Positions 61,419 through 64,000 of a stretch of 64,000 bases of DNA are shown in pieces. This DNA comes from Williopsis jadinii (taxonomy: Eukaryota), in contig AP024664.1 of the NCBI GenBank assembly GCA_024346625.1, forward strand, positions 1,426,001-1,490,000, in the 5' to 3' direction. Both the position numbers and the translations under genes were made by a program. Position 1 is the stretch's first letter, and each line of letters begins with the position of its first letter. A model generated the notes under the pieces. That model saw nothing but the letters and a program-made list of their open reading frames with translations, had not been told where the DNA came from and did no database searches.

Positions 61419-62268
61419 ATGACTGCTCAATTGGTGAGTCGACACGAATAACGTTAGGAATGAGATCTTGAAGAGAATATGATTCGAACCATGTATTTAC
61501 CGTCAGATTACGACCAGAGAGGGACTCTGAAAGGAGAGTGAAAAGTTGGAGGCCTCAAGTAACTATAGAGGTGATGGCACAGAGATGGATGTTACAATCA
61601 GAACCGAAGTTGAAAGGCCAGAAGAAGCCTCCTATCCAGTGAAAGAGTCCAACGTGAACTATATTTCCAGGGGCTGATGTTATTGTCTTTTAGTGAATTC
61701 CTAACGAACAGCGGCGCTTAGACATATATACTAACTTTTTATCTTCAAGGCCCCAAAGTGGTACCCAGCTGAGGACAACGCTGTCCCAAAGAAGACCAGA
61801 AAGTCTGCTCAACCACAAAAGCTCAGAGCTTCCTTGGTTCCAGGTTCCGTCTTGATCTTGTTGGCCGGTCGTTTCCGTGGTAAGAGAGTTGTTTACTTGA
61901 AGCACTTGGAGGACAACACCTTGTTGGTCTCTGGTCCATTCAAGGTCAACGGTGTCCCATTGAGACGTGTTAACGCCAGATACGTTATCGCCACTTCCAC
62001 AAAGATTGACGTTTCTTCCGTTGATGTTTCCAAGTTTGACGTTGCTTACTTTGCCCGTGAGAAGTCTTCCAAGAAGTCCAAGTCTGAGGCTGAGTTCTTC
62101 GGTGAGGGTGCTCCAAAGAAGGAGGTTAAGGCTGAGCGTATTGCTGACCAAAAGACCATTGACGCTGCTTTGCTCACACAAATCAAGAAGACTCCACTAC
62201 TCCAACAATACTTGGCTGCTACTTTCAGCCTCAAGTCTGGTGACAGACCACACCTCTTGAAGTTCTAA
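61419..62268 (+). CDS. RPL6: 60S ribosomal protein L6 (eL6); join(61419..61433,61750..62268)
   Basis: [32 protein letters not shown]. Intron 61434-61749 has GTGAGT, TACTAAC (61729-61735) and AAG. Confidence 0.96.
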
Positions 62269-62863
62269 GTCTAAGAAATGCCAGGGATTTCAACACACCA
62301 CTGTACACACTTGTATAATCTGTCGAGTAATGAATCAATATGGAATTATTCGTTTGTTATACGGATGAAAAGTTAAGAAAATGAGAATGTAGGTTCTGGT
62401 GCTTGTAGTTTGATTATGTTAATGAATTGAACATAACAACACAAGCTGTCGGGTAATAATATGTCATCCTCTATCAATATGCTACATAATTAGGGGTCGG
62501 GACACATGCCATAACCTTCAGCTTTGGAGCGTTGTCACTAGGAGGTCCAATTCATGAATTGGCACCACAAGCGATCTTAGAGAGCCACATTCTCCGAGCA
62601 CACAGCGTTCTATAGTTGTTTAGCTCAAGTTTCTCTCCATATTTGGCTTTTGGGATGAGAAGGTTCTCGAAGAATCGTTGTTCCCGTGGCAACGTGATCC
62701 AGAGCTCATCTCCTTGCCGAATTGGGAAAATTCAAAAGAAATGTTTTTGCCATACAAAAATTTTTCCTGGGCCATAAAAGAAAAATTGCGGTAGGCTCTC
62801 TTCCAAACCTCCCTCATCACCACAGGTTTCAAGGAAATCCACCCTCTTTAATCATAGATTGAA

Positions 62864-64000
62864 ATGTCTTCCCTTTTGCCACTTGCTTCTTTCAACTTGG
62901 CCCTCGAGCCATTTGTTCCAACCCAAGCGATTGACTCCGATTTGCCGGTTACTGTTCACTTGACTTTGGCTGCCCTGGATCCAAATGCGATTGACGATGA
63001 GGAGCAACCATCTACGTTGAGAATCTTGAAGGCTACTCCGCTGAGTAAGCTGCTCGATGAAGATGAAGACGATGAAGACGATGAGGACAATGAAGATGAG
63101 GATGAAGATGAATTGGACATCGCTGACGTTGAGGCTGAAGATGACGATGAGGATGTTGACGCAGAGGACGATGAGGATGACAACGAGGATGACGAGGATG
63201 AGGACGATGAGGATGACGAGGACGATGATGATCTCGATGACGATGATGTTGAGGAGTTTGTTGTGTGTACTTTGTCACCAAAGTCTCAATTCCAACAGAC
63301 ATTGGACTTCACCATCTCCCCTGATGAGGAAATCTTCTTCGTCGTTACTGGTTCTTATCCAATCCATTTAAGTGGTAACTACGTCGAGCACCCATACGAT
63401 GGTGAGGACTCTGACGACTTTGATTCTGACGAAGACGAGGATGATGAGGAATTCGACTCTGACGAGTACGACTTGACCCCAGACGAAGATGAGCTCGCTG
63501 AAGAGGACTTCGACGTTAACGACTTGGAGAACGAAGCGGACATTGAGGCCAAGATCCAAGAGCTCGTTGATGAGGAGGAAGCTAGAGAGGAAGCTGAGGC
63601 ACAAGAATCTAAGAAGGACAAGAAGAAATCCAAGAAGGAATCTAAGAAGCGTCAAGCTGAGGAGACCCAACCAGAACCAGAGACCAAGAAGTCAAAGAAG
63701 GAGAAGGCTGTTCAATTCAACAAGGAGCTTGAGCAAGGCCCAACCCCATCTGAGAAGAAGAAGCCAGCTGTCAAGACCCTTGCTGGTGGTGTTGTTATTG
63801 AGGACAGAACCGTTGGTACCGGCCCAGTTGCCAAGAACGGTTCTAAGGTTGGTGTCAGATACATTGGTAAGTTGAAGAACGGCAGCGTCTTTGACAAGAA
63901 CACATCTGGTAAGCCATTCCAATTCGGCCTAGGCAAGGGCGAAGTCATCAAGGGCTGGGACATTGGTGTTGCTGGTATGGCTGTGGGTGGCGAGCGTCGT
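62864..64000 (+). CDS. FPR3: Nucleolar FKBP prolyl isomerase/histone chaperone (Fpr3/Fpr4), 3' end beyond the window
   Basis: [17 protein letters not shown] nucleoplasmin-like N-terminus, acidic tracts, FKBP domain [26 protein letters not shown] (62704-62710) and RRPE (62756-62765) upstream. Not in ORF track. Confidence 0.93.
   Translation, partial: MSSLLPLASFNLALEPFVPTQAIDSDLPVTVHLTLAALDPNAIDDEEQPSTLRILKATPLSKLLDEDEDDEDDEDNEDEDEDELDIADVEAEDDDEDVDAEDDEDDNEDDEDEDDEDDEDDDDLDDDDVEEFVVCTLSPKSQFQQTLDFTISPDEEIFFVVTGSYPIHLSGNYVEHPYDGEDSDDFDSDEDEDDEEFDSDEYDLTPDEDELAEEDFDVNDLENEADIEAKIQELVDEEEAREEAEAQESKKDKKKSKKESKKRQAEETQPEPETKKSKKEKAVQFNKELEQGPTPSEKKKPAVKTLAGGVVIEDRTVGTGPVAKNGSKVGVRYIGKLKNGSVFDKNTSGKPFQFGLGKGEVIKGWDIGVAGMAVGGERR

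Overview
Budding-yeast (Saccharomycotina) nuclear DNA. It uses the standard code: CTG sits at conserved Leu positions, e.g. PRP43 QFVLY. Gene content and GTGAGT-type introns would fit a Phaffomycetales/Cyberlindnera-like yeast, but that is inference only. There are about 27 protein-coding genes, several in blocks syntenic with S. cerevisiae: UTR1-GDA1-ISY1-CYC1-HIT1, LOG1-ZAP1, COQ8-PRP43 and VMA6-COG8-TCB3-RPL6-FPR3. The ORF track misses a partial thioredoxin, FPR3 and three introns (VMA6, TCB3, RPL6). Most interesting observations: (1) a ~75% AT island between convergent PTR3 and a Myb gene, bracketed by a perfect 12-bp inverted Rap1-like motif and a degenerate outer inverted repeat (candidate centromere, origin or silencer); (2) a catalytic-domain-less partial paralog of GDA1 near GDA1; (3) a dual cNMP-binding/F-box/LRR protein; (4) a nested base-paired RPL6 intron and a hybrid Homol-D + Rap1 promoter; (5) two minisatellites in the DED1/permease promoter. 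No tRNA, rRNA, CRISPR array or intact transposon could be supported. All gene names come from motif recognition, not database searches.
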